The notes under the pieces: generated by a model
The model's database searches: none
The model's input: the letters and a program-made list of their open reading frames with translations, nothing else
Told to the model about the DNA's origin: nothing
Assembly: GCA_003971905.1 (NCBI GenBank)
Contig: RSEE01000008.1
Coordinates: 682,001 to 746,000 of the forward strand
Reading direction: 5' to 3'
DNA length: 64,000 bases
Source of the DNA: Moniliella sp. 'wahieum'
Taxonomy: Eukaryota
In this document: positions 1 through 12,750 of the stretch, piece by piece
How the letters are laid out: the number at the start of each line of letters is the position of its first letter
Position numbering within the stretch: the stretch's first letter is position 1
Made by a program: the position numbers and the translations under genes

Positions 1-3000
1 CGTAAGTGAGACGTGCACTCCCCCGCGTCAAGCCGGCCCTGCTCATTCAGAAATGTGTAACTGGCCTCGTAGTCTTCGTGGAGGTGGGAAGCTGCCCAAA
101 TTTTTCTTGTAATGACGATACAACGCGGGTCAAGTTGTGCGAATCGGTAAAGTCAAAGGCCAATAGCAAGGTTTTGAGACGCTCTTGGCGCTGCTTGTAA
201 GCGGGATCACTGTACAAGAGCAATTTGGTTGCACTGTAGATCGCTCCAAACTGGTCCGCATCGGCAACCACTTTTAGCGGGGCGCGGTTACACGGACCAA
301 ATTCGTCTGGTGAATTAGATGTTCTTGATCCTTTGGGACTTGCATCGGCGTCACAGCCGTATCCTCGTTAGCCAGACGAAGTGGATTGAAATGATCGTAC
401 TGCACCATGGGCGCAAAATGGGAGCTAAGCTGGTGAAAGCCTTCCCAGACGGTTTGATGTTCCTCCTGGTCGAACGGGTCTAGAAGCGCCTCGATCGGAA
501 GCACACGGGTGCATCGGCCTTGGCAACCCATAACTTGACACTGTCCGCAATGAAGAAGGTTCTGTTGAGAACGTGAGAGTTGATCTCGTGATCTAATGCC
601 ATGGGGTCGTGGACGCTGAAGGTGGTAAGACGCAAGCGCACGGCTGTAAGTACGACGGAAGAGGCCCTGTCCAGATCGCTGCGAAGAATGATCTGCGGAC
701 GCAAGATGGCGCAGACAGTACTCTTGCGTATCTCAAGCTCGGGAAGGATTCCACGATATGGATCGACTATCAACGACGGAGCAAGTGGAGGGGTGCCTTT
801 TTCCTCCGTCGTAGTCGCTCCTGCGGAATCGAAGAGACGAATCGTGTCATCCAAGAGGGCGCGAAGCATTTCCGCTCCTCCCCCAGGAGCAGCACTGGTA
901 TCGGGTTTCTGCCCCAAACGCAAATCTTGGATACTTTTGAGGGCAGCTGCTCGGAGAAAATGAGCCTGAGCCCGACGCATACCTCTGGAAACGTAGTACC
1001 GGAGGAGGATGTTCCTTGTACTCTCCGTCCAGAACAAAATGGGGCAATGCACCACATAACGATTGGAAAAGCGTTCCCAATGCCCATGAAGCTCGCTCAG
1101 CTCTCGTCGACGAGCCACCGTTTCGTCCGGTACATACGTCGGAACGGTCCACAACCCATCCGAATGGACTTTGCTCTTCGTGCGGAGAAGATCATCCGGA
1201 TCTTCCTGGTGTTTCTGGAGTTTATGCTTACGTCGATGGGTTTGCACCCCGCAGCCGTCCATTTGGGCGGGAACGAGTTCAGTAAAGTCACGAATAATGT
1301 GAATCGATCGTTGGCGGTGAGCCGTCTTCGGCTCCGTACGCAGTTCAGCAATTCGCTCATTTAGCAACTTTTGTTGGACCTGGTCCGGACCTAGAACGAA
1401 TTACAATGTTAGTACTTTATTATCCGGATCGATCATGAGAGAAGACGTACTGTGGCATTGGCCCATCAAGCATCTGTGTGTGCCTTCGTGGCCAAACTTG
1501 CTCTCGCCGTAGGCGCCCAAATGAGCATGCTCTCCTGCCTCTTTGGCAGCGGCGAAATTACCCTCCTTCATGGCACGTTCTTGATCTGCTTTGATCTGAA
1601 GTTCAATCTCTCTCCGCGTAGGAGTGCGGCGGAAGTAATTGGATGCAGGCCACTCCAGAACCTTCTCGCTACGAGCGCGAGCGGACCGCAACTCGGGTAC
1701 TCGGCCAATGCGTGAGCCCAATTCCACGTAATCCCGCATGTCCCCCAACCACTCGAATCGCCTTGCGACTCGTCTGGACCATCTTGCAGGAATACCGCCG
1801 CAGCCGAGTCGTCATTAAAATCATCGGCTTTGTCCCCCACATTGCAGCCCAGTGGGCCGCCCGACCGAGGTCGAGAATCCTGGCCGCACAGACCCGCATC
1901 TCTCCCCCTCGGCAATCAACCTCAGCAGCACTAATGGGCTTGTGGAGTCCAGTCTGGGTTTTTCCGGCAGCGTTCTTGAAAAACGTTTCTTGCTGCCGCT
2001 GGTGCAAATCAACATTGAACGTCTCCACCCGCGCCTTGAGTCCGAGGAACAAGTTCGCACCCCGTCGGTGCCGCGCCGCATCGTGTGGAGGTAAATGTGG
2101 GGAGAAGAACATTGGTGCCAGGTCGATTCGATACTTGATCGTTGCGCAATGTTGCCCAAACTTCGGGGAGGGGGAAGGGAGCGAAGGGAATAATGGGCCC
2201 GCACGAATGGGAAGACTGAGGGCACTATTGAACAGAGCGACCCAGGCAAAAAAGTGAGCAGAAACGAGGGGCGTGACATACAGACTGTTGGTGTCCCTCC
2301 CTTCTGTCGAGCGAGCGTGAGAGCGAACCGAGAGTGAGAGATGGACATGATGGTGTCTCCATCCAATATAGGAGTCACCGCGTGCAGCAGTAGAGAGCGT
2401 ATCCAGATATTCGGGGGTGCGGGGAAGCACCTTCCAATGGGATACTGTGTTGAAGAAGCGGCATGAGCGATAAAATGCGTTGGGGCTTGTACACTTGGGA
2501 TGGCTCACGCAATCTGGCCCACTGCAGGTCCGTTCCAGAACAAAGCCACACCCCCATACCACGTTTCCATTGAGCGACCACACCACCTTCTGTAGTGGTA
2601 TGGGGGGCAAATCGATACGATGTGGTCCATCTTGTGAAGGCACACTTCCTTCAGTTGCAATCGAGCCCGGTCCATGCGGACGGGCCCTCAGGGAAACCAG
2701 GCCGCAAGCGAGAGGGGTAGCAAAGACGTTCAGATCAGGAATAGCCAGTTCATAGCTCCCAGAAAAGATCTGGATTACCTCGCGCTCTGAGTTTTGCGGG
2801 GGAGCAATTTGGACCCGCACTCCACCAGACCATACCTGGACCCAGCCAGCCCCATGGCCTCGGAGGTTATATGGATCCCGACTTCCTTTCTGTATGACAC
2901 AAAACAAGTTAGTTCCAAAATCCGACATGTGTGAGAAGACGCGTACCAAGAAAAGCTGCACAGCCGAAGGCGCATCCACCAGAAGCTCAAAGCTCCCATG

Positions 3001-6000
3001 GAGAATGAGTGGGATCTTATCCCAGAACCCGATTTTCGGGCTGGGATCGAGTGGAGGCGAGCTGAATCCGTCAAATACCTTGGTAACTTCCGCAATGGCG
3101 GGGGACATGGACTGCCCCCAAGCTAGCTGCAGGGGCGCGGTAGACCGGATTTGAACAACGGGGTGGCCAAACATCTTGGTTGGCATAGTGACCTTCGGAA
3201 TTTGCAGGACATAGTCTGTCCCGCAGGCACCGATACAGTCGGCATGAACGAGGCAGGCTTGGAGATGACAAGTAGATCGCTCATCGCCCATCTGCTCAGC
3301 AATACACAGATCCGTAACAAGATGGAAAGCCGCAGGTGAGTGGGGTTCTCCTTTTGGTGGTCGTGCCGGGTCGAACGGTTCGATGGTGTCCGGAAGAACA
3401 TGCACCAAGGGCAAAGGGTAGTCGCGCAAGGAGCATAGCCACTCATCCATCTCCCACTCAAGGTGCATGGGTATAAAAATGGAGAATGTCAGCCCCTCTG
3501 GAATGGGATCGCCGAAGGAATCGATATAGTCCCGGGCCGATGGCTCTGTCGCTGCAAACGTGTAAGGTTGGGACAAACGTAGGTCAACATGCGTCATAGT
3601 CGAGCGGAAGAGAGGGGAACAGAGGTGCATATCCCGAAGATGCTGCCAAGGACGTTGCGAGTTAGTGCTCCCGGCATCCCAGTTGGCCATCACGGTGGGC
3701 GCAACGGGATAGAGTCCCCGCAGCTTGGCTCGAACCTGTTCCTCCTTCTGTCGCACCTCATCCTTCGCGTTATTGGCGACCTTGATCCATTCCTTCGAGT
3801 TGTACTCCTTCAGTCTATAGTGGACGGCTTCAATCGTCGCGGTGACGGAATCAGTGGAGTTTGAGGCGTCATCCTCCGATTCGTAGAGCGACCCAGGCTC
3901 CGGGGTCTCCCTCTCTGATATGGAAGAGGTGCTCGACGCAGGGTGTCCAAAACCTTTTGTTCGGAGCGGTGATACTTTCCGCTGAGCAACGATGGAGCTT
4001 CCTGAACGCTGCAGCGAGGAGAGAGTCCGGGAGTGATGCAGTTTGTGCTTCTCCCAGCCAAAGGAAGGCCTATTTCGAGCCGATCCGGCCGGATTCGCCG
4101 AACGATGAGAAGAGAGAAGCGCTTCCATCTCATCCTGGAAAGCCGCTTCTCGCTCTGCACGGTAATGCGCTTCATCTGACCCAACGCGCTGGTAGATGCG
4201 CAGAAAAGAGTCCAATAGACTGTCCTCCATCTCGATCACAAGAGTACGAAGGCGCAAACGTATCGGTGGAAGCGGGAGGGGTTTCATCTCGCTGGGCGCA
4301 ACCTTGTAGTCCAACTGTCCCAATAGGGCTTCATGGGCCAACTGCTTGGTGGCCTTGACTCCTACCGACGTGCCCACAACCACTTCGTGGAAAACGAATT
4401 GGAACGGAATGCACAGGTGCGCATGTTTGCCCGTCACGAGCAATGAAGGCCAATGCTTGGTTTCCTCCACCATCTGTTTTGCTGGGCCAAGTGGCTCCGA
4501 TGGCTCGGTGAATGTAGTGGATGAAGCGGTGATGATATTGCTCGGATCTAAGCGCAAGGTGGACCAATCCACCTCAATCGCACCGTCATCCCAGCCAACC
4601 AATTCAGCCCACTCTAGCTCATCCAGAGGCTTCCAAAGGCCCATCTTGTTTTGGTGCACAGCCCCAACCAAATGACGAAACTGGAAGAGAAAGTTAGGTA
4701 ACTTGAGCGCCCCATTCTCGCCCCTAGGAAGTGGGAAAGACAAGCTCTGATGCGCCGAGATATCAGCCACTCCAAAGAAGAGAGATGAAGCCCATTGGGG
4801 AGACGAATCGGCATGTCCAGTCTTCCGAAGGTTAAATCGAAGGAAACGGATCTTGGTTTAGAACTAGTGGATATGCCATCCCTTTCGTCTGATTCGGACT
4901 CTGGCTGGACTTGCGAAGAGAATGGAGCTGCCGTCCCAGAAGACGAGTCCATTGCCTTTTTCGCTGCCACCCATACCCTTCGCACAGCCGCAAGGGCCAT
5001 AAATAGAACATAGGTGTTGGCCAGCTCCGTCACAACGGTAGTGCAGGCTGGGAACCGGGAGCGGATGATGATTTCGTTCCCCACGCCCGTGGAAGGCGGA
5101 AGGATCACGTCAAAGGTGCTTAAGGGGACGTGCAGGAGCAGGTGGGGGCGATGCTCAGTCTCAACGTCAGGGAAGGGAGGGGGCCCCGGAGGCCCCGGGC
5201 CTTCCTTCCCGACGGAGATGGGTCGATCGCCATCACATTCAATTCATACATTGTTGAACGTATGAGTAAGGCTTCTCCAGTACTCTGAGACTGAAAAAAG
5301 GCGGCATCCAGCGCGTCGGGCTCCAAGTTCAGTTGGCGTCGGCTTTGCTGGGAGGTAAACCACGCCTCGCTTTCCCGGGGAGACGTACGGACCGCTGCGA
5401 GCTCCATTCGCCAGGGGGAAAGAGTGTGCGGATGCCGGTGACAGAACTGGTTAGAGGCGGGAGGGGTGGGCAAAAGGGAGGAAGCTGGTATGCCAGTGTA
5501 GTGGCGGGGGCGAAACCTGGTATGGGAGTTAGCACAGCCAAAACAAGAGGAAGGAAGAACAGCGTACCATCCCTGCATGCCGGTGGAGGCGGTGGCGTTG
5601 AGGAATTGGTGGGTGTCTGAGGGGAAGTATGCTGACCGGCAAGGTGAGGGCCGCGTTTCGGATCCAGCGCCGCACACCTCCCATCAAAGTCTAGGAGATT
5701 GAGGTTAATATAGAATCGATGGGAGTGAGAGGGAACCTCATCTGCTGCGGTACCGACCGTACGAGCAGGGTGTTCGAACTCGCTTGCAATGGGCGGGCGT
5801 GGAGGGCGTGGCACGGATGTATGGGCTTGGCGCACCAGCTCCGTCATACGTCCTGTGGCAGCGGCGAGGTTCTCCAATACTAGCCAAGTGAATGGGGTAT
5901 CGAGCTTGACCCTTATCGCACGAGTGCAGCCAGTAAGGGTACCCTGGGTATGGACGTGGATGGAAGGCTGCCGACATTGGTCAACAGTAGACCCAGCCGT

Positions 6001-8183
6001 CATGTTTCCCTCAAGCAATGCCTCGAGAACGTCGAGGATGGTCTCATTTTCCGTCAAGCGAGCTGCGTCGAAGCAGAGACGAGAGAAGCCAGCAGAAACT
6101 ATGCTGCGGGATTGAAGGATTCCCTCACGGGGTGGAAGGTGCTGGATGTCCGCATGCAACTCCCTCGCCCTTGCGATGAGGCAGGTCCGATCTGGTCCAC
6201 TGACGGTCCCCTTCACCTCTCGTACCGACAGTTCCGCCAGAAGTACAATCCTAAATTTGGAAACGAGGCGGTCTACCAGAAGAGCCACAGGGTCGCCGCG
6301 TGGATTGTTCTTCGAAGACGAGGGGTGCTGCCGCATCATCCGTATCAAAGCAGTGAGGAGGCTGGTATAGTCGTCCGGCGGGTGATCCAAAGGAAGGGAC
6401 CAAAACCCATGAATCTTGGAGACTCCCACCTCAGCGTGAAGCAGGGCGGATTACCGTCGTTCGGAACAAGAAGCTGATACCTTCCCTTAAGAGTCTGCAG
6501 GGATCCTAGGGGGTTACCTGCGAGGAGATCGATATCCTGTGAAGAGATAAACGCGGGGAAGAGACGGAGGTGAACGTGGTCTAATGACCAGGTTCCGATC
6601 AAATCGATAATCCGCGGTTGCTGTTCGCTCTTGCGCATTGCCTGGTTTAGTTTCCACGCCCATCGAAACAGTCCGCCTTGTTTCTTCTCCAAAAGCGCGG
6701 ACGGTGTGAGCTGAAAGGATGACGGGCCAACATCGAAGGATAAGAGAGATCCATCGTGAGACCCCCCCTTGACAGGGTTGGGCGAAGTCACTGCATATAA
6801 CAGGCGCACGGCACCCAGCCGGACGTCGGACTGATGCACAAGCCGCAGCCAGGCAGGAGCACGAGACGTCTCCTTGAAAAGCTCCGATGCAGGGGGGGTA
6901 TCATTAGAAGCGGGGGAGGGTACACTTTGCCTCCTCCGTTGCGCTGACGCTTTGGCCAGACGAAGAAGAACAAGCAGGGCATTGATGTCAACCACCACCG
7001 GTGGTAGGGTCACATCGGCTCCAATGGCGCGCAGCGAAGCCTCAAACGGCCCCCAAGAGAAGGAAAAACGTTCCTCCTGTTCTTGACCACCCAAACTTTC
7101 CTGCTCCGCCGCTAGAGGCAGATCAAACCCAAAGCTCAACACCGGTTCGTCACGCCGACTTTCGTCTTTTTCCATGGTCGCAAAGCGAATGGTGGTGTAG
7201 ATGTTCGTCTTTATGAAGACGTGGCCTTTGTCTGGGCAATGGACGACGGAGCGAGACATCGGCGAGTCCGGGAGAGAGGTGGAATCTGCCTCATCGATTC
7301 CACCCCAAGAGCTGCAAGTGCCCTTCCAAGAAGAACCAGAGGAGAACGACCAAAAGTGAGTGGACTGGGCAGAAGGGAAGGCTTGCCGTGGGTAAGGTAC
7401 GGAGGATGGGACCATATAAACTTGTACATCTGCCCACGACACCCGCGCCACCAACTTCATCCGCAATGACACGGATGCCGCATTCATCAACGATTCGTCC
7501 AGCTCATTGGACTTGGAGGTGGGCAGACCCTCCTCGGTGCCAAAGGAGGGCCGACGAAGAGGAGTGCCAAGTCCGCCTTGCCCCGAGCCAGAGCGAGCCG
7601 CCCAGCTGAGGTGAATGTGCCGAATACGTAGGTGTACGCTTGATGGTGCGGGCTCCGCATCAGGCACGTCCCACTCATGAGAGGGGGTCCATTGGACTTG
7701 TAGGCGGGAGATATCGATGTCGATGAGCGCGGCAAGGAAAGGCAAGACTAAAGTCTGGAAAAGGACTGCGACGACAAAGCGGCCAAAAGAAATAGCTGCA
7801 GCAACGAAGCGCGTCATGCCAAAGCGTCCAGCCGCATGTCCGCATGTGGTGAGGAAGCGCACGTGGAAGTAGAAGAGGCGTCGTAACATGAGGGACGAGG
7901 CCGGGCGAGGGCGCTGCACCTGGGCAGGGATGGAGACGAACGTGAGCTGGGGATCGCTGACGACAAGAGAAATTAGAGCGTAGCCCGGATCTGCCCGAAT
8001 GCCGTTCCATCGGAGTGAGAGATACGCGATGGAGGCGCTGACATCGCGTGTGCTGCGGGCGCTGCGACCCGCCAAACGGACAAGGCCACGTTTGGCAAGG
8101 GCCCAGAAGAGCATGTAGATGCCCACGGCGACCAGCAGGGCGCCAGCGACAGCCGCCCAACTGGGTATGTGGTAGGGCTGCAT
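1..8183 (-). CDS. FMP27: FMP27/Hobbit (BLTP2)-family bridge-like lipid transfer protein, 3'-truncated by the window edge; apparent frameshifts; introns at 2890-2946 and 1391-1450
   Basis: Chain of minus-strand ORFs (6345-8354, 5329-6429, 4614-5108, 1669-4770, 480-1367, 47-271). ATG at 8183 is followed by an N-terminal TM anchor (WAAVAGALLVAVGIYMLFWAL). Family motifs PKIGFWDKIPLILHG, LRDYPLPL and QLFL|KGSRDPY (restored by removing a 57-nt GTACGC...CAG intron). The second intron is GTACGT...TACTAAC...TAG. Confidence 0.85.
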
Positions 8184-8216
8184 GCTGGCCTCAGCAGCGA
8201 CGAAGGAGGCAGCGCA

Positions 8217-8294
8217 GCAGGCGATACGTGGCAGGCGGTGCGAGGCAGGCGGTGCGAGGCAGGCGATGCGAGGCAGGCGATGCAAGCGCAGGCG
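8217..8294. repeat. 14-bp minisatellite GCAGGCGRTGCGAG, about 5.5 copies, just upstream of the FMP27 ATG
   Basis: Units read directly at 8217, 8231, 8245, 8259, 8273 and (partial) 8288. Confidence 0.85.
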
Positions 8295-8642
8295 GGGTGG
8301 ACAGCTACGCGCACACGATGTTGGATGGTGGGGGCACACCTCGAGCAAGGCCAAGACGGTCTGTAAGCGGCCGCATTACAGCCGAAGCCACGCTGAGCCT
8401 CAGCGCTGCGCTCAGTGAGTGCTCAGTACGCGCAGTTCAGCCTCGCTCACGTTTTCATCACCTCCAGCTGAGCAAGCTGAGGCCCTGCCATGCACTTGCC
8501 TGCTCGCATGCCGCATATCAATGCCCTTCAAATTGGGAATCTGCGCATGACGTAATCGGACCCTCTCTTATTCCTCCGACTCCCGTCCCCCTTGACCGTC
8601 TTCGCGTCGGCCCATCCTTGGTCCGCACAGACCAACACGAAA

Positions 8643-9251
8643 ATGCCCCAAGTCTACCAGCTCTTTGGCGGTGCCATCACGGCAGACTATGTGGTGCCCC
8701 TGATTGACGCAAGCGACCTACGCCAGGTGCCCGACACTCAGGAAGTCTATCTTAGCCCGCGCGACGGCGCGAGCTATGTCCTGGATGTGCTCCAGCCCTC
8801 CCTGCCCGCCACCTCGACGCCCGAACAGGCCATCAAGCAGCACTTTGACAATCTCGCCCACGACAACGATGCCCACTCGGCAGCGGTGCACAAGGTCTCC
8901 GCCTGCTCCCCCGGGCCAGCACAGGAGGAGGGAACACCGACCCCGGTCCTGCTCGAGGGGGTGCAGTACGTCAAGAAGACGGGGCAGGGCAGGCCGGTGG
9001 ACGAGGTCGGGATCTACCTTGCTCTCTGGCGTCTCGCCCCGCGCAAGGAGTATGATCTCCTCTTGTCACTCAACATTCCTCGGCCTCACCATGCTCAGGG
9101 CAGTGTTCCTGAGCCCGACACCGTTCCCGACCCCACGGCTGCCGACAAGGAGGCCGGCGCGGTGTCCGCCGAAACAGAACAGCTGTACGTGGCCCGGTTC
9201 AAGCAAGCCGTGGCCTCCCTCGCCATCCGCGACTGGGGCTTGTTCGTATAA
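8643..9251 (+). CDS. MOG1: Mog1/PsbP-like Ran guanine nucleotide release factor
   Basis: Intact ORF MPQVYQLFGGAI...IDASDLRQVPDTQEVY...HFDNLAHDN...SLAIRDWGLF, matching the Mog1 N- and C-terminal signatures. Confidence 0.88.
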   Translation: MPQVYQLFGGAITADYVVPLIDASDLRQVPDTQEVYLSPRDGASYVLDVLQPSLPATSTPEQAIKQHFDNLAHDNDAHSAAVHKVSACSPGPAQEEGTPTPVLLEGVQYVKKTGQGRPVDEVGIYLALWRLAPRKEYDLLLSLNIPRPHHAQGSVPEPDTVPDPTAADKEAGAVSAETEQLYVARFKQAVASLAIRDWGLFV

Positions 9252-9895
9252 GTACACCCCAACCTGCAATCTCGTGGCACCTCATCCATCACTCCCGATG
9301 CACTTCATCAATCATCCTGCACCAGCCCCTCTGCCGTTTCCCTTTCTCCAGCCCAAGCTACCTTACCTGTTTGCTTCGGAGCTTCAGTCCCGCGTCGGTA
9401 CTCTATATACACCGCATCTTGCTCTTCATCTTCGTGCGTGATGAACTATAGCTCCGCGCATCCCGCATCACGCATCCTTGTAGGCCCGTACAGACAAGGG
9501 CCCGTATGGTAGGCGTTTCTTTGACGAAGTGGAACAAGGTGAACCGGACCTGGCGCCTCAGACCTCAGAACCCGGCGCGTAGGTTATACTGTTGTACTTG
9601 GAGAGGAGTGCGGCTAAAACTTAAACGTGTGCGTCTCGGCTTCCGCGCCGCCTGTGTTCGGATATTGGCGGGGGCGGAGAAATGTATGACAGCGGACAAG
9701 GCAACGGGTCGGAGTGCCCATCTACCGATCAATCTACCTGCCCTGGGCCGGGTTGCGCCCAGTTGCGCCTGCCCATCTGTAAAGTAGCCTGTCGGAAACC
9801 GGTCGTGACACGTCGGTGCGTGTGAGTACCGAATGCTAAACGACGAAAACAGCAGAGACAAGAACGCATCGGAGTTCCTTGGGCCTGAAGCTGCT

Positions 9896-10025
9896 TGAAG
9901 CTTGAAGCTTGAAGCTTGAAGGGCTTGAAGGTCCTGAATACCTGAAGCTTTGAATCTTTAAGATCTCTCAGATCCCACGCTTCAAGCTTCAAACTGCAAC
10001 GTTCAAGGTACGTTCAAGCTTCAAG
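9896..10025. repeat. Heptamer array cluster (TGA-AGCT)n / (AGCT-TCA)n / ACGT-TCA
   Basis: TGAAGCT x3 at 9896-9916; GCTTCAAGCTTCAA at 9979-9992; ACGT-TCA-AGCT-TCA at 10010-10023. Confidence 0.85.
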
Positions 10026-10605
10026 TTCTTGAAGCTGACAGAAGGGGCCTTGCCCAAAACGGAGTGGGTCAACAAAGCACGTCAGAGAGTCCGCCCCACC
10101 CAGAAACGCATCGCCGGTGCATCCCCCACCTGCTTGCATTGATATCCCCGCACCTGCCACACCCGCCCTTCAGACCCTCTTGAAAACAGCATCGACGGAA
10201 GTACCCCTCAAAAACCCCACATGGCCACTGGGGCAATATGAGCGCTATATTGTGTACTAGTCCGCTGACCCTCAGCCACACCCGGCCGGCAGCAGGGTAG
10301 AAGCCGCGGCGAACCCTAGACCAACCCCTTGGGAACAAGTGAACTGCCGCCAGCGCCTCAGGCGCGGCTGGGCGCGGCCTGGCACCGCGGCTCTCTCGGC
10401 CATTTTGCCTCTTGCAGTACGAAATAGTGACCAATAAATAGGCGGCAGTCCCAGTTGTTTTAGCTCTCGATATGGACTCTCTTTGGAGATAAAAGCCCTC
10501 TCTCGGTGGGCACCTTGGGAGCGAGGGTGAGTATTACCAGCCCCGCCAACTAACCCATCTAATTTTCCGCAACCATCACTCCCGCGGTCTCAATCTCGGA
10601 CGCTG

Positions 10606-12304
10606 ATGGATGTGGAATCCTCTCCTCCAACACAGGAGGAATCCAGCTGTGAGCCCCAATGTCTGTTAGATCGTATGCCCTCACTGTCCTCACATGGGAG
10701 CAGTTCTGGGTCCTCCCTAAATGTGGCCCAAGCCGCGAGCAAAGACAACGAAAAAGAATCGGACATGGCGCCCGTGGTGGTCCAATGGGATGAGGGGGAG
10801 GCGGCCAACCCCCTGAACTGGAACAAGACGTACCGCTGGTTCCTGTCCTATTGGGGCGGGGTGCTTGTTGGGTGCTCCACCTTCATCTCCACTGTGCCAA
10901 ATGGAACCCTGGATGAAATTCTCGCCGAGTTTCACGTCTCGCACGAGGTCGGGGCCTTGATCATCAGCTTGAATGTCTTGGGCTTTGCTGCGGGTCCGTT
11001 GATTTTTGGACCATTGAGCGAGCACGTGGGCAGGAAGCCCGTCTTTCTCCTTTCCACCCTAGGAACTTGTTTGTTTTCCCTTGGCTGCGCCCTCGCCCCT
11101 AACATTGGAGGCCTACTCGTCTGTCGTTTCCTTGGAGGAGTATTTGCCGCTGCCCCGTATGTCTCTACTTCACGGCTCTTGTTCCACCGCAGTAAGCAAT
11201 TAACCATCCCCTCTTTCCTTTCCAGACTCGTTATCTCGGGATCACTGATCGGAGATCTATGGAACCCCATTGGGACTCAGATGATTGGCTACGGGGTCTT
11301 CCCATCGCTTGGGCCCTCGCTCGGGCCTCTGGTCAGTGGGGCAATCTCCGTAACAGGCACCAGTTGGAGGTGGTCATTCTGGGTGGCGACGATGTTCAGT
11401 GGGAGTATGGGCGTTATCGCCGTCTTCTGTGTGAGAGAGACGTATGCTCCCATTCTATTAGTTCAGAAGGCTAAACGGTTACGAAAAGAGTCGCAAACAA
11501 CAGTAACGTATGTAGCACCAATGGAGCTGGTGCCACTCAAACCCAGGGAATTGTTGAGCAAGACGCTTCTCAAGCCTTTTATCATGTTGGTCCAAGAGCC
11601 TATGCTGGTTGGCTGCACACTTTTGTTGAGCTATGCTTTTGGTCTCCTCTACCTCATCTTTGAGTTTTATTCGTCGTACCGGGAAATTTACGGGCTAAAC
11701 CCATTACAAGAGGCGCTATGCTTTCTTCCTTATCTGGTCGGATCCCTCCTCTCCTGCGTCGCATTCTACACGATCGTCGCCCCGCGGTACCAACGCGATC
11801 TGGATGCCGCCAAGGCCAAGGACCCAGACGCCAAGCTTCCTCCCGAAAAGCGATTACCCATTGTACTCGTATGGGCCATGCATGGCTATAAGTTTCTTTT
11901 GGTTCGGCTGGGCCAGTTACAAAAAAGCGTACGGCCCTCTCCCCCCACTCTTTCTCTTCAGAACAAAAGTCTAACCAATGAGACTGATATACAGGACGTT
12001 GTGGGCGCCACTCTTTAGTGGACTGCCACTCGGATTTGGCATTGCAAGTGTCTTTCTGGGCACCATGAATTATCTTGTGGAAACCTACCGTTCCCACAGT
12101 GCGATCGCCCTTGCGGCCCAAACCACGGTTCGGTGTTTGGTAGGCGGCGGGTTCATTCTGTTTGCAAACCAAATGAAGGCGCGCTTGGGAGTTCATTGGG
12201 CGTCCTCCCTGTTGGGCTTTTTGGCACTGCTTCTCACCCCCATCCCGTTTGTTTTGTGGTTGTATGGAGCCAAGCTCCGGTCTTGGTCCAGATTTGCCTT
12301 CTAA
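10606..12304 (+). CDS. MFS drug:H+ antiporter (DHA1 family); introns 11157-11225 and 11929-11994; one apparent frameshift near 11875
   Basis: DHA1 motifs W..D..ANPLNW, GPLIFGPLSEHVGRKPV, RFLGG, GPSLGPLVSG, ETYAPILL..KAKRLRK, PEKRL and PIPFVLWLYGAKLRSWSRF. The introns are GTATGT...CAG and GTACGG...CTAAC...CAG. Confidence 0.92.
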
Positions 12305-12356
12305 CCTTGCGACCACTCACGCCCCCTGGCCCGCATATTACCCTGCTCTTTGGGCT

Positions 12357-12605
12357 TCTATATACCCTGTCGTATTCACCAAATATATGGCAGGAGCTGC
12401 CGCTGTCATATTGAGCGGTTTCTTCATCCCTAATACTCTATTGGGGAGGAAGAGACAATATATTAACCCACTGCATGGGAAAACAGGGAACCTACCCCCC
12501 AAGGGGAAAGATGGGCCAAAGCCCTCTGGCGCGCCTGGGGAAGAAATTGTCGAGGTGAGGGAGGCGAGGAGTGCGCGTAGCACAGCCTCGGACAGGCCCC
12601 ACTAG
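12357..12605 (+). mobile_element. Possible non-autonomous Helitron-like element (about 250 bp)
   Basis: Starts TCTATATAC. Ends with an imperfect GC hairpin CGAGG-A-GTGC-gcgta-GCAC-AG-CCTCG about 11 nt before CTAG|T. The 5' flank is T rather than the canonical A. Confidence 0.4.
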
Positions 12606-12750
12606 TCTTCACCTCTGAGAGACCTGAGATATGAGAGTCGCACCCCGTCGTTGACTCTTTATTATTGTGGCCATCTTCATGTTTTCGTGTATCGGTGCCA
12701 CCACTCTGATGCTCGGGTTTTTGTATTCTAAGCTCTTCATAAGGGGTTTC

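Noticed and set aside
9896..9921. Heptamer arrays as deliberate all-frame translation stops (period 7 puts TGA/TAA in all three frames)
   Set aside because: True arithmetically, but the arrays occur in both orientations and mostly away from gene 3' ends, so there is no support for this function.
10256..10495. Minus-strand Helitron-like end (ACTAGT with a weak hairpin)
   Set aside because: The hairpin is poor and there is no convincing TC/AT-rich 5' terminus.
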